A model generated the notes under the pieces. It did not search any database and was not told the DNA's origin. It worked only from the letters and a program-made list of their open reading frames with translations. From Negaprion brevirostris (lineage: Eukaryota), in contig JARDVH010000115.1 in NCBI GenBank assembly GCA_030324005.1, positions 40,690,026 through 40,754,025 on the forward strand: 64,000 nt of DNA, in the 5' to 3' direction. Positions 28,122-40,105 of the stretch are shown piece after piece (the first letter of the stretch is position 1; the number at the start of each line of letters is the position of its first letter). The translations under genes were made by a program, and so were the position numbers.

Positions 28122-29601
28122 TATTGCAGGGCAGTAGACAGTAACAAGCAGAAAATTTCTTGCCCATGTTTAATCAGATGTCTGGAGTCCTTGTTAAGGA
28201 CTCCCAATGCCACTCCCTTCAACTATATACCACTGTACCACATTTATGGCAGATCAATCCTGCTATTGGGCCAAATTGTGTCAGGAACCATGAAGGTGGG
28301 GTCTGGGACTTCGATGAAAGGTAGGTTAGGCTGTTACTTGAATAGTCTGTGGGACAGCTCAGGTACAACTTATTGAGGAGTATTTTGCAGGGTTGTCTTC
28401 GATGCATGTATCTTTGGCATGCCTGGTGCCTAAGTTGATGAAGGCTTTATTATTGTATTTTATGTAGTTTAATATAACTTGTGTGGCTTTTTAAGTTGAT
28501 GCAAAGAGTAGTTAGAGTCTGAATCACATATAGGGCAGTCCAGTTATGGAAGGCAGATTTCAATTACTTAAGAACGTGATTGAATAAGATGGATTTTTAC
28601 AGCAATCTGATAGTTTCATGGTCACATTATTGATATTAACTTTTCATTCTAGATTATTTTATTTAATTAACTGAATTTAAATTCCCCAGTTTCCTCAATA
28701 GAATCTGAATTAACCCTGAATCCAGACCTCTGCATTAGTAGTCAAGTAACATAACCACTATGCTACCATATCCTTACTTTATATATTGTACTTTTACGAT
28801 AGTAATTCTTTAAGTATCAAAACAGAACATGCACTGTGTATGAAATTATATTAGTAAATACATATTACCAGTTGTAAGGAGAACTAAATACTTTCACAAG
28901 GCTGTAAGGGAAACATCTGCATGCAACTGCAGTCAAATAAATTCTCCTAAATTACAGTTCACTCATTGGTTTAGGATCTGGAGATATCCTTTATTATCCA
29001 CTTTCTGACAGAATTTCATGCATCTTCTTTTAAGAGATACAGTAATGTCCCAAGTAATTTAAACATATATTTTCAAAGCTGACCTAAGTGCAAGTACTTG
29101 GATCCAGATGGATAGATGAGCAGGAATGTACAATACAAGCCTGTTTTCAAGCCCTCTGTTTGGCCCCAAGGTGGACAAAAACAGATTCTTGGACATTAAT
29201 TTGGGTCATTGAATACTGCCAGGACAGCATTCTTGTTTATTTTGTGAGTCAACTTTACAGAGGAATGACAACTCAGACTAGGACATGGCCAAGTAGTGGC
29301 GTTTTTTTTTCAGAATGGAAATATTTGTGCAATTTGGAACAGAGGATGTAACCATATCAAGTTTCTCAAGGGTATTTCATCCACTTTGTCTGCACTGTCT
29401 TTTCAAATGGAGAGAACCTATTCGTTTTTTTTCTATCAAAAGTCTTTCAATAATGTTACAGTCTTGGAAAATAGGTTTTCATTTTGTGGTTCGGGAATTT
29501 TGTTGGTTAATTGGAAATGCAAAAGAAGGCTAAAATCTGCGGAACGTAAGTTGGAATAAATGCTTGCCTATTACATTGCCTTTGTAGACTATTGCCTACT
29601 A

Positions 29602-29919
29602 GGGAAGGTGATGGCTTAGTGGTATTGTCGCTGGATTAGTAATCCAGAGACCCAGATTCAAATCCCACCATTGCAGGTAGTGAAATTTGAATTCAATAAA
29701 AATTTGGAATTAAAAATCTAACCATTCAATTGTCATAAAATCCCATCTGGTTCGCTAATTAATGAAAGCAATCGACCATCCATCCTTACCTGGTCTGGCC
29801 CGCATGTGATTCCAGATCCACAGCAATGCGGTTGACTCTAAACTTGCCTCCTCATGGACAAATTGGGGATGGGCAATAAATTATAGCCCAGCCACATCCC
29901 ATGAACGAACAAAAAAAAA
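29602..29919 (+). mobile_element. Full-length tRNA-derived SINE with Meta domain (MetaSINE-type)
   Basis: A-box TGGCTTAGTGG 29612-29622, B-box GATTCAAATCC 29655-29665, central ccttacctggtctggcccgcatgtgattccagatccacagcaatgcggttgactct, tail gggatgggcaataaa...gccacatcccatgaacgaac plus A-run. Confidence 0.8.
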
Positions 29920-30034
29920 CTCAACATCGTACCACGTATACAATATCACGTACTGGTTGGTATTTCCTGTTCAGCGTTAATGTGAGCAAATCAATGTACA
30001 ATATAAGGGCGCTCATTTGTATGTAATTGGTAGG

Positions 30035-30372
30035 AGCATTTCAGAGAAGGTTCATTCCACTGATTCCCAGGATGAAAAGGTTATTCCATGAGGAAAGATT
30101 CAACAGGTTGGGCCTGCCAGAGATAGAGATTTTTTTCTCTAAAAGCTGTTAGCCATTATCCTCTTCCTTGGGTTAGTGGAGGCAGGGCCATCAGATATTT
30201 TTTAAGGCTGAGTTAGATAAACTCTTAATTGACAGTAGATTTAAAAGGGTATTGGGGGTAGACAGGAAAGAAGAGTTGAGTCCATAATCAGATCTGCCAT
30301 GATCTTATCAAATGGTGGAGCAGTCTTGAGAGGTTGAATGGTCGCTCCTACTCCTACTTATCTATGTTCATG
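30035..30372 (+). mobile_element. CR1 LINE 3' fragment
   Basis: tttaaggctgagttagata...gatctgccatgatcttatcaaatggtggagcagtcttgagaggttgaatgg...tcctact. Confidence 0.75.
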
Positions 30373-31551
30373 TTGCAATCCGCTCTCACCGTACATTACA
30401 TTTTGTAGCTATAATTCCTTCAGAGTTTGAGCATCTGTGAAGTAACAGAATGTTATCTCCAAATTCAATGCAAAATTAGTAGCATTTTTCTTGTACTCCT
30501 AAGTGAATGACCTCTTGTACATAACATCACAAGCTATGAAATTCTGTATTAGTCATTAAAGTTATAAAAAAAATGACTGGTGTAATGCACTGCTGGAAAA
30601 TCTCAGCAGGTCTGGCAACACCTGTAAGACGGAAGCCTGTTCTTTTAACTGGTGTCTGTGGTGTAACTGTGGGAATCCTCTCCCTGAAGCAGAAAAACTG
30701 CCGCGTTGTCTTTAAAACATTCATGATTTAGAGATTGTGATTCTCTTTTAGTGAAAACTGAAGGGAAATGGTGGCCTGTCCATAAACTCAGCAATTAAGT
30801 GTGGAGTGCCAGTAATTATGCAAAGGAAATCTGCACTAGAGGTTAATCATTTATCTTTAACATTCTTTGGTGTAATGTTTGCACAGGATGTCAACTTGTG
30901 TTTTTTGTACCAGGTCCATAGGACACCACTTCATAAAATTGGTGTACAGTCAACGTTGAGGTCATCTGAAAATTTCTGTAATGTTTCAAAGCAGGCTCTG
31001 TTGAAAAGCAGGCTCTTCCTGAGAACAAAATAAGCAGAGTCAGAATAAGCACTGCCTGCATTCCTTAAGATAAAAATTTAAACTTGTCTCTTTCAGCTAT
31101 TAGGTTAACTATTTTAATTGAATTTGGACACAAACGTAAAATGACTATTTTGAAACTTTATATTGGCAGTATTAATCTTTCAAAAATCTATGTTCTTATT
31201 AATATTCCCTTTGCTGAAAGTAATGTCTTGCTGAAGTATAGGTAGATGGTAGCAAGGTGTCCATCAATGCTTGCACAAAAATGACTTATTTTAATATTTA
31301 TTTTGAAACCCAAGAACTGAGGAGAGAGCCTTTTGAACTAGTTTCACAGCCAAGCTCAGTTCTTCACATGTCCAGTAGGGGTCATTGAATAGCAATTAAG
31401 ATGTGGAACCCTGTCTAATTTTACCCTTTCACTTGAGGTGTGTTGAGGTCATTTACATCACTACTATTTCCTTCAGAGCTAAGATCGATTGAGATCAGAC
31501 TGGGAACTCTCCCTGTCTTAAGAGCAAAATGGCTGCTGATTGAGGAAATTG

Positions 31552-31662
31552 AAATAAAAGCAGAAAATTCTGGAAGAGTCATGGACCTGAAGCATTCATT
31601 CAATTTCTCTCTCCACAGATGCTGCCAGATCTGCTGAGTAACTTCAGCATTTTCTGTTTTTA
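31552..31662. mobile_element. Penelope-like terminal repeat fragment
   Basis: tctctctccacagatgctgccagatctgctgagtaacttcagcattttctgtttt, same family as 42969-43205 and ~30590-30625. Confidence 0.6.
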
Positions 31663-31805
31663 GCTCTTCTAGTCTGTATAGCTTGTGCACTGGAATAACT
31701 TGTTGCACCATTGGACTAGCACAAAATACTTTAGCACAATGATGAAGAACAGCAGTTCCCTTCGATAATCCTGCCAATGGAGCAAAGAATTATACAGATA
31801 ATTAT

Positions 31806-32640
31806 TAAACGTGTATTTTTATAGCACCTATTTTGTCAAAAATCATCCCAATGCACTTCCCAATGTAGCAAAATGTCTTGATGTTTCACAGGAGCATTAT
31901 TGAACAAAATTTGACAGAGTTACTGATGAAGATGTGAGGACAGATAGCCCAAAAGCTTAATTAAAAGAGATTGGTTTTAAGTAATGCCTTAAAGAAGGAG
32001 ACAGAGATGGTGAATTTTTGGGTGGGAATTACCAGTCTTGGGACCCAGCCAGCAGAAAGGACGGCTGCTCATGGTGGAGGGATTAAAACTGGGGATGCAT
32101 GAGAGAGCAGATTTGGAAGAGTGCAGAGTTCTTAGGGGTTACTGTGGGAGGAGGGGGGTCAGAGTCTATGGCAAAATTGGAAAGTGCTTATCAAAATTTT
32201 AACATCAACCCATTGCCATAACACAACACAAGCCAGCAAGTAGAGGGGGATATGTGAACCGAACTTAGTTTGAATTAGGACATGAGCGGCAGAGTCTTGG
32301 ACTGTCTGAAGTTTATGAAGGGTGGAAGATAGAAAAGGCCAACCAAGAAATAATAGGAAGTGTAATTAACCAAAATTGATACCAAGCCAAGGAAGCAATC
32401 TCAGGGGAGAGGGGAGAGGCGAAAGACTTTGTTAAAGTTGAAGTTTTGACTTAAAAAGAAGGAATTTAGGGAGGAAATTCAGGAGTTTTGCTCTTGACAG
32501 CTTAAGGGCTGTACAATACTGCAAGTGTGGGAGTCTCATGAGGTTTGAGTTGGGCAAAAGAGGCAGTTATAGAGCAATGGAGAGACCATTGGAGGGATTT
32601 GAACAGCAGTGATGGGTGAACCGGATTTGGACGTGCTTAG
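31806..32640 (-). mobile_element. L2 LINE 3' fragments (two pieces)
   Basis: tttatagcacc...ttcacaggagcattat...caaaagcttaattaaaagagattggttttaag...gggaattaccag, typical reversed L2 3' end; second piece from ~32365. Confidence 0.65.
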
Positions 32641-35600
32641 TTTTAAAACCCGGGGTGGGGGAGGGGACACGTAGAACGGCTTGTTACAGACAGAATTTAG
32701 TGTTGCTTTTTATTGTCAGTGATCCGTATGTTTGTGCGTGAAAGTTGTGTTTTTTCCTCATGATTGTCCGAATTTAAATATCCCTGTAGTAAGTCTTTGT
32801 GAGTTTTAAAAATAAGGTTATTTTATTAGCGCACACTTGCCCTGGATGTTTAAAATGTGACACTTCGGACACAAAGGTTAGACGCAAATGAAGGTAAAAC
32901 AATGGAATTACATTTTATGATTGTCTCAGGCTCTTTTGTGGCATGGCCTATGGCTACTTAGATGAGTTGATGCAAAGGTCTTGTGAGACAGAATTTTCTC
33001 AGTAAGCTAATTTCTAGGAGGTTGGTTCTCAGGCTGGGGTGGGAAGGGTGTCCTCTCACTTTCAAGCTAATTACTGTTTACTACCTTGGTTCCTGAGATG
33101 ACTAGCAGCTGATATTATTGCTTTCTGATGGAATTCTTTCTGCCGAACAGCTTCTTAATGTTACTTTAAAATCAAAGTGGCTTTCTCACCTTTGAACCTC
33201 TTCCCAAAAAGGGATGATATGTTGATTACACGTCCTGTGTTGTTGTTTGAAATTCATCCAGTCCACTTTGGATGAGGGACCATCATAAATACAATGGAGG
33301 GTCTCTGGGATCCATTCATGTTTGTCTAGCATACATTGAATTTCAATGTTTCATTTCTGGAGGCCACATTGAAACATCAGAAAGGTGGACTGGCTGGTAT
33401 ATTTGAGTTCTTTTGTTGATATACATCCCTTTGTTTAAGGATGGTCTGAATTCTCCCGATGACTGTGGATGTTCATGTATTTGTTTGAGATTCAACTGCC
33501 TTTAAGCTGTCAAAAGTCTCATAATTTGCTGTGGCCATTTTAGTAATCCATGTTCAAAATTTTAATGTATCACCTGAAAGTTTATATATGCTGGAATATA
33601 ACATGCCTCCACCGGCCAGGGAAGAAATGGAATCGGTTTTTTTTGGCTTGGCTTCCTTGCGAAGAAAAATTACGCATTGACTTCATATAGCAAGACATTC
33701 ATGCACAGTAATTTCATACATCTACAGCTGCTGTCTCCCTCATTCCCTGTTCTTAATGTCCCTAGTTACTTGTTATCTGGTGAATGTTCATTCAAATCAG
33801 TACACAAGGTTTTGGGAATATAACTCGCACACATTGTTTCTCAATGCAGTTTACAGCTAGGGAAGTTCAAACTTCATGCTGGCTCAGAGGGAGGAGTACA
33901 GTAAGAAGTCTCTCGACCCTGTTCTTACTGTGCTTATCCCAGTCCAACGCCAGCATCTCCACATCAGAGGGAGGAGTCAGGCTTTCATAAGATTGGATTC
34001 TGTTTTGAAGCTTCTGGTATGTAAATTACAAAGTTTGTTGTGTTGCCTGTAAGGCTCAATCCTTTCATGGACATTTCCACATTCCAACAGTTTGATAATT
34101 TGTGTTTTGGCTCATTGATTCTAATTTCTATGGTGATAGTGTGTGTATTATTTTTAAACCTATTTGAAGTGACTGAGTTCTACCCTGTCACTTATCATCA
34201 ATTGCCCTGGAAATTGAACTGTTATGTTCAAATAGATTTAAGTTTTGAGCTTGATCCTGTTATGGTTTTATGGTTAATTGTGTGTTAGCTGCCCCACCTT
34301 TCCCTTGTGGCTTTGGCAACTGTGATTCACCTTAAGAGATACTGACTTCCCCTTTTCTGTGAAATTGGGAATGGATTGGTCCCCAATCTGCCTCGTGTCC
34401 TTGAGGACAATACTGCCCAAAGGGAGCTGGCTAGCTTCTATGACTCTTAGATGGAGTGAGGTGTCTTCTTCACCTGTGTCTGCTGATCTGGGGACTTCCT
34501 ATATTTCTATTTATGAAATACATTGCTAACTAGACCTCTGGTTTAGCCCCTTCATTCTTTCTATCCTTTATGGGCCTTACCTTGGCCTCATTAAATTCTA
34601 TTGGCCTACCTTTGACCTCTTTAGCTTTGATGGGTTCCATCTTGATCATTTCTACCTCAGTAGGTCCTTTGGCCTCCAGAGGGACTCCTATGGCTTCTCT
34701 CCTATTTCCCTAATCTTTACTGGCTCTGTTGTCCCCTGGAGGAGGTTATGGATTTCTTCAGGGATTTGTCTAACCCCATTCCATTTTGAGCCTGGGCTTA
34801 GTTCTTTCAAGGTTATGGATGTGATTCTGACCATACCTCCACCTGTTGATTTCTTGGTGAATCAATGGTTTCCTTCTCTGTGCCCAGGCTTGCCACAGGA
34901 ATCAGACATTGTGTGTCTACTTTCCAAGCTCGTTCTTTCTGAAATTGGGGATTTATCTATTGTTTTAGATTCACGCAATCAAGTTTGGATGAGGGACTAA
35001 TGTAATATAATAGAAGGTCAATGAGATTCGTTCACATTTATTGAGCACACATTGAGTTTCAATACTTTGTGCATAGTAAAACAGAAAGATGGGCCGGGCG
35101 GAATGCTATAGTTATTTATTCTTAAACAAAGAGATGAGTGAATTCCCCAAATGGCAGTGAGCGATCCGGGTTTTAAGTATTTGCTTGAGATTCTGGAGCT
35201 CAAAATGTCAAAGATCACAAGATTAACAGTAGTATTTTAATAGTCTGTTTGCATTCAGAAATCTTTCACGTCTTCGTTGAAATTTTGATGTACTGGACCA
35301 TGACATTATTTGAAACTTAGAAGAAATAAGAGTGAAAACTTCTGAGCAATACTGACCACAGTTGCAATCAAAAGACCAGAAAGATTGTGATCAGAAAGGA
35401 AGGTTGTTAAAGGATTAGATGTATGAGGAGGATTTCATATCAGATGAAAATCTTTTTCTTGTGCACTGTGCAGGAGTAAAAAAGCGGTTGGACTAGAATC
35501 TCCATATTATTGAATCAGTAATCAAATCTTGTAATATACTGGTACTTCAGAGAGAATTTTAAATTTGTTGTGAGTAAAGCGAGTATTTGGCACCAAATAA

Positions 35601-38464
35601 GCAGCTTAACATCTTGGTGATAACTTTAACAATTGAAGACACATGGATGGTCCACATATGAAGTGAAACTCTAAGGGGGCAATAATCTGCAGCTGTTAGC
35701 CCCAGCCAGGAATCCTGATGGCGAAAGGACCAAACTTAGATTCTCACTGGGTGCCCAACCCATTGCAAGTCTCCCGGCCTCCTGTGCTTGCCCCTATCAG
35801 GTTCTTGCTCAGGTTCTTGCTCAGGGCTGGCTGAGACTGCTGATTTTGATGTATTTAAATGTAAGTACTGGGCTTGAAACTGGATGCTGCTGCCTCTTGG
35901 ATACCTGGAATCCTTAAAAATCACAGCAGCACTTCATTCTACAGTAGGGATTACCCTTGGTTGCTTTTGGGAGCCTTGGGCATTGCCATACCTGTTTGAA
36001 GTACTTTGATTAACAGGAGATATCAGTTTCGCTAGGCAGATCACCTTGCTTTCTCTCATAAGCCCCAGCTGCTCTGAAAGCTCTTTGAAGCACTCTGACA
36101 GGACCATTGAATTCCACTAGGGAGAATCCTCCTTTCTAGCTTGACTGAGCCCCAGCTGCTTTCAAGACTCTTAGAACTGTTTTGATTGACAGTTTCAAAG
36201 TAGATCAAAGAGGGGATTAGCTGAGGTTTGTTTACACAAGGAATTGTTGACCCACCAGTTGCTTTTTCACAGTTCCAGGGCAAATCAAACAGTTCATTGT
36301 TGATACAATCAGTTCACGTTCCATTAAACATGAAGTGCTTCCTCTTTTGAGCTGTTGCTGGTTCTAATTGCAGTTTTTTAAAAATAGACTTTCTCTTTGA
36401 TCAGAGCTGCCTACTCGTGAGCAGCTGCTGGTTCTAACCACAGCTTTTAAAAATGGGCTTTCTCTTTCTCGGAAGATCTCTTTCTCAGATCTTTCTAGAA
36501 AGACCAGGTGCATAGTCTGACTGCTGCTTTTCCTCATAATGGGTCTTTTTCAATCTTTTATTCTGGAATAGCATCCATGAACTGGAGATTGTTTTTAGCT
36601 ATAAAAGAAGCTAGCAAACCCAAAGGCCACTGTTTATTTCTCTGGATAGATATTATGTCCATGCCAGGGTGCTCAGTTTGGTGCCTGATACATGGTTGGA
36701 TCTACTCTATCCATGCCACCATGGCAGTGACACTCATGTCGGCGACAGGTACCAGGTTAGCACTGCCAAAGAGGGAGACTGAAGGATGTGAGGCATTTTC
36801 TGCCCCCAAAAGTGGAGTCTCTCTCTTGTGGGAGAAGAAAGGTGAGGTCTTGGGAGATGGGGGAGGGGAGGAATCTGGGTCACCCTCATGCTGGTGTGGT
36901 GTGGGGAGGAGGGATGATTTCAGCAGTTAGTGGTGCGGGGGGTTGGATGTTGCCCCCTCTGAGTGAAGGGTTCAGGTTGCTTCTCTTGTCTGTGGGCGGT
37001 TGTTTGGTTGGGGCAGGGACTGTTCTGAGATTGGGGCGTCCTGATCTCTCTGAAGCCAGGCTTGCCAGCATGTTTCACGTTGGGGATTTTTTTGCAACCA
37101 AAGAGTTGTTGAATCCTCCCTGATTAGTGCTGCAGCACTTTGATTTTATTGAGAGAATCGTGGCCCAAGGATGCAGCTATTGGAACTATAAGGTTATAGG
37201 TATTAGTCTATAAATGGGTGTGAAAAGACACTAATTTTAAAGAGTTCAAAGAAACCAGCTTTTCTTTGCCTCTTTGAAGAGTATGGGGGCGAGAATATGA
37301 TGATATTCTGATTCAGTCATTGCATTAAAAGGTGAATGGGAGTTATGAACAAGGAAGGTATACTAATACAAATTTAATTATATCTAGTTTCTTTAGCTGC
37401 TATTTATATTGTAATTTTAATTTGGCAACAACTCAAAGTTAATTAGCTGATGGAATTCCACTTTTTGACAGACTTAAAACCAGTACCAAACTTAAACTCA
37501 TTTGTGATAATGTAAAACAGAAACGAAGTATGTGGCAACTTCAGAAAATCTTTGGATAACAAATTGGGGGGGGGGGGATTATTTGCATGATTCTTTCCCT
37601 TTCCAAGTGTAATTTTGTTCATTTATTTATAAGGCAATTAACAAAACATTGAAAAATATCAGTATGTTATTGACATTTAAACAGCGAGGCGCCATTATGA
37701 AATTTCTGGCAAGTCAAACACTGCAATTCCCAGCACACTTCTCTAAGGTGAAAGAGTAGATGTCGTTTCAGGCAGTTCCAGGAAAGCCAAATACAAGCTT
37801 AATTCCTTAGTGACTTTCAAATACAATAAACAAGAGTTAGAATTCTACTGACATAGGTTCAGATTGGAATTTGTAATTTCAGTACAGAATGCATTTGAGC
37901 ATTTAATCAGAAATAACATTGTTAGAATTTTAACTCTCCGTATCCTGAATTTTTGAATCATCTTGAAGAATGTCAACATTATTTTGTCAGTTGTAAACTC
38001 TTGTGCTGTATTGAAGGGATTGCTATTCAGAAGTAAAGCACAAAAACATGCTTAGTTCATGGCATAAACCAAGTAATTGGCATTTATGACAACACTTATG
38101 ATGTAGTTAAGCATCCTAAAGGATTTACATCAGTGTGCAAAAAAGCAGACTACCATTGAAGTGATTAAAGACTAAGGGGACAATCTTACCATCGTAACCC
38201 ACGTCCAAAGGGCGGGGCGAGCCAGTAAGATCTTGAGAGTGCCAATAAATTGGGTTCGTGCCTGATTTCCCTCTCCTCAAGATCTTACCGGCACCAGATA
38301 TCCAGCGGGATCAGCCTTGTGCTCGAAAAGGGCGCAAGGCTGTTTGTAAGATTTAACTTCAATTTATGAAATGTAATTTATGCTGCAATCGGGATGGCCT
38401 CACTGGTTGGAACCTCACACATTGGCCTCCAGTGTGCAGACGACTTGTGTGGGCATAGCAGATA

Positions 38465-39590
38465 GTGAGGTGGATACAGCAGGATATAAATCTGCAGGAG
38501 ACCTGGGCCAAAAGATGGCAGATGGAATTTTACTCGGACAAATATGAGGTGATGCGATTTGGAAGGTCTGTTGCAGAAGGAAAGTATATAGTAAATGGTA
38601 GCGTCCTTATTAATATTAGCATACAGAGGGATTCAGTTGCTCAGCTCCACAGTTCCCTGAAGGTAAAAGTAAAATTTATTTATTAGTCACAGGTAGGCTT
38701 ACTTTAACACTGCGATGAAGTTACTGTGAAATTCTCCTAGTCGCCACTTGACAGCGCCTGTTTTGGTCAATGCACATCTTTCAAACTGTGGGAGGAAACC
38801 AGAGCACCTGGAGGAAACCCACACAGACATTGGGAGTATTTGCAGACTCTGCACAGTCAGTGACACAAGCTGGGAATTGAACCCAGATCCCTGATTCTGT
38901 GAGATAGCAGTGCTAACCGTGCTGCCCTCTGGCAATTCAGGTAGACAAGGTGGTCAAGAGGGTGTAATGCATGCTGGTCTTCATCGGTCAGGGCTTTGAG
39001 TATAGGAATTTGAAAATCATGTTGCAGCTGTACAAGACTTTGGTTGGGCTGCATTTGGAGTATTATGTACAATTCTGGTTACCACACTACTGGAAGCAAT
39101 ATTGATGCATTGTAAAGGGTGCAGAAGAGATCTATCAAGATGTTGCCTGGTTTGGAGGACATGGACTATGAAGAAAAGTTGAACAAACTTGGATTGTTTT
39201 CATTGGAGTGTCAGGGGATGAGGGGGGATCTGATTATGACAGGCTTGGATAGAGTGGATAGTCAAGAGTCTTTTTCATGGGGTCGCAGAGTCAGTTAGTC
39301 GGGGGCATAGATTGAAAGTGAGAGAGGGAAAGTTTAGAAGACATGTAAGGAGCAAGTTTTCCACACACTGGTGAATCCCTGGAACACACTGCTGGAGGAG
39401 GTGATGGAAACTGACTTTATAACAACATTCAAGAGGCATCTGGATAGATACGTGAATAGGCATGGATTAGAGGGATATGGACCACCTAGAGGCAAGAAAA
39501 TATTAGATTAGAGAGATTATTAGAGATCTGTGTCGCACAGACTTGGTGGGCTGAAGGGTTTGTTCCTGTGCTATATTGTTTTTTGTTCAC
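38465..39590 (+). mobile_element. CR1 LINE 3' part (RT C-terminus and tail), interrupted by a SINE
   Basis: IQQDINLQETWAKRWQMEFYSDKYEVMRFGR; resumes with ...YKTLVGLHLEYYVQFWLPHY...; tail ggtgggctgaagggtttgttcctgtgct. Confidence 0.88.
38663..38927 (-). mobile_element. V-SINE (tRNA head + V domain) nested antisense in CR1
   Basis: Minus strand: gggcagcacggttagcactgct...gggttcaattcccagc (B-box)...gtgtgggtttcctccaggtgctctggtttcctcccacag (V domain)...taataaataaat. Confidence 0.85.
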
Positions 39591-39594
39591 TCAC

Positions 39595-39862
39595 TCAAAA
39601 ACTCTCTGGGTCATTGCTGACTCCTCCAAATCATGTGAGAAAATGGACCTTTCATTAAACACGAAGAAAACTAAGGTCCTCTACCACATAGTTATTACTG
39701 CAGAATGCCTCCCCCCATCAAGATCAACTGTGAGCTCCTGAAGAATGTGGACCATTTTCCATTTCTTGGGAACCTCCTCTTAATAATAGCAGACATTGAC
39801 AACCAAATCCACCATTGCTTCCAGTCCTGCATATGCCAACTGAGGAAATTAGTCTTTGAGGT
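39595..39862 (+). mobile_element. RTE-clade LINE RT fragment
   Basis: NTKKTKVLY...IKINCELLKNVDHFPFLGNLL...ADIDNQIHHCFQ. Confidence 0.7.
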
Positions 39863-40105
39863 GGTACAGTTGATACAATAATTTTGTATTTGTAGCTAAT
39901 AATCGAGAAAGGTAACTGTTTCTGAATACAATTTTATTTTAAAAGAATCTAGTTCACTTGACTTTTGCTTTGGCCTAAAACTGGAGTTTTCCATTCTTGG
40001 GGAAAAATGGAAAATGGCCCACATTCTTCAGGAGCTCACTGTTGATCTTGATGGAGGGAGGCATTCTGCAGTGATAACTATGTGGTGGAGGACCTTTGTT
40101 TTCTT
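39664..40105. repeat. ~101-bp inverted repeat (39664-39764 vs 40005-40105)
   Basis: Manual alignment gives 6 mismatches and no indels; spacer ~240 bp. Confidence 0.92.

Larger units (their letters stand above)
25190..28773 (-). mobile_element. Decayed CR1/L2-group LINE with tRNA-derived Meta-like 5' head, EN+RT ORF remnants and SINE-shared tail; interrupted twice
   Basis: Minus strand: A-box TAGCATAGTGG (28755-28765); Meta-like block ~28515-28562; endonuclease remnants QPCKILL/ELSHRL (28330-28395) and GVALGVLN...KHGQ (28160-28220); RT remnants LIIALVQTWTKKL (~26770-26810), KSMGIRGKL..LESYLAQRKMIVVV and a frameshifted PQGS-LG-INDL region (26540-26705); tail 25190-25470. Confidence 0.75.

Noticed and set aside
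29602-29680. tRNA gene
   Set aside because: A/B boxes continue into a SINE body and tail; no intact cloverleaf evident
34300-35010. Possible LTR-retrotransposon internal fragment
   Set aside because: Suggestive composition only; I could not identify gag/pol motifs or paired LTRs
35797-35825. 12-bp tandem repeat tcaggttcttgc x2.4; also a degenerate ~70-bp duplication at 36350-36470
   Set aside because: Short local duplications without further structure
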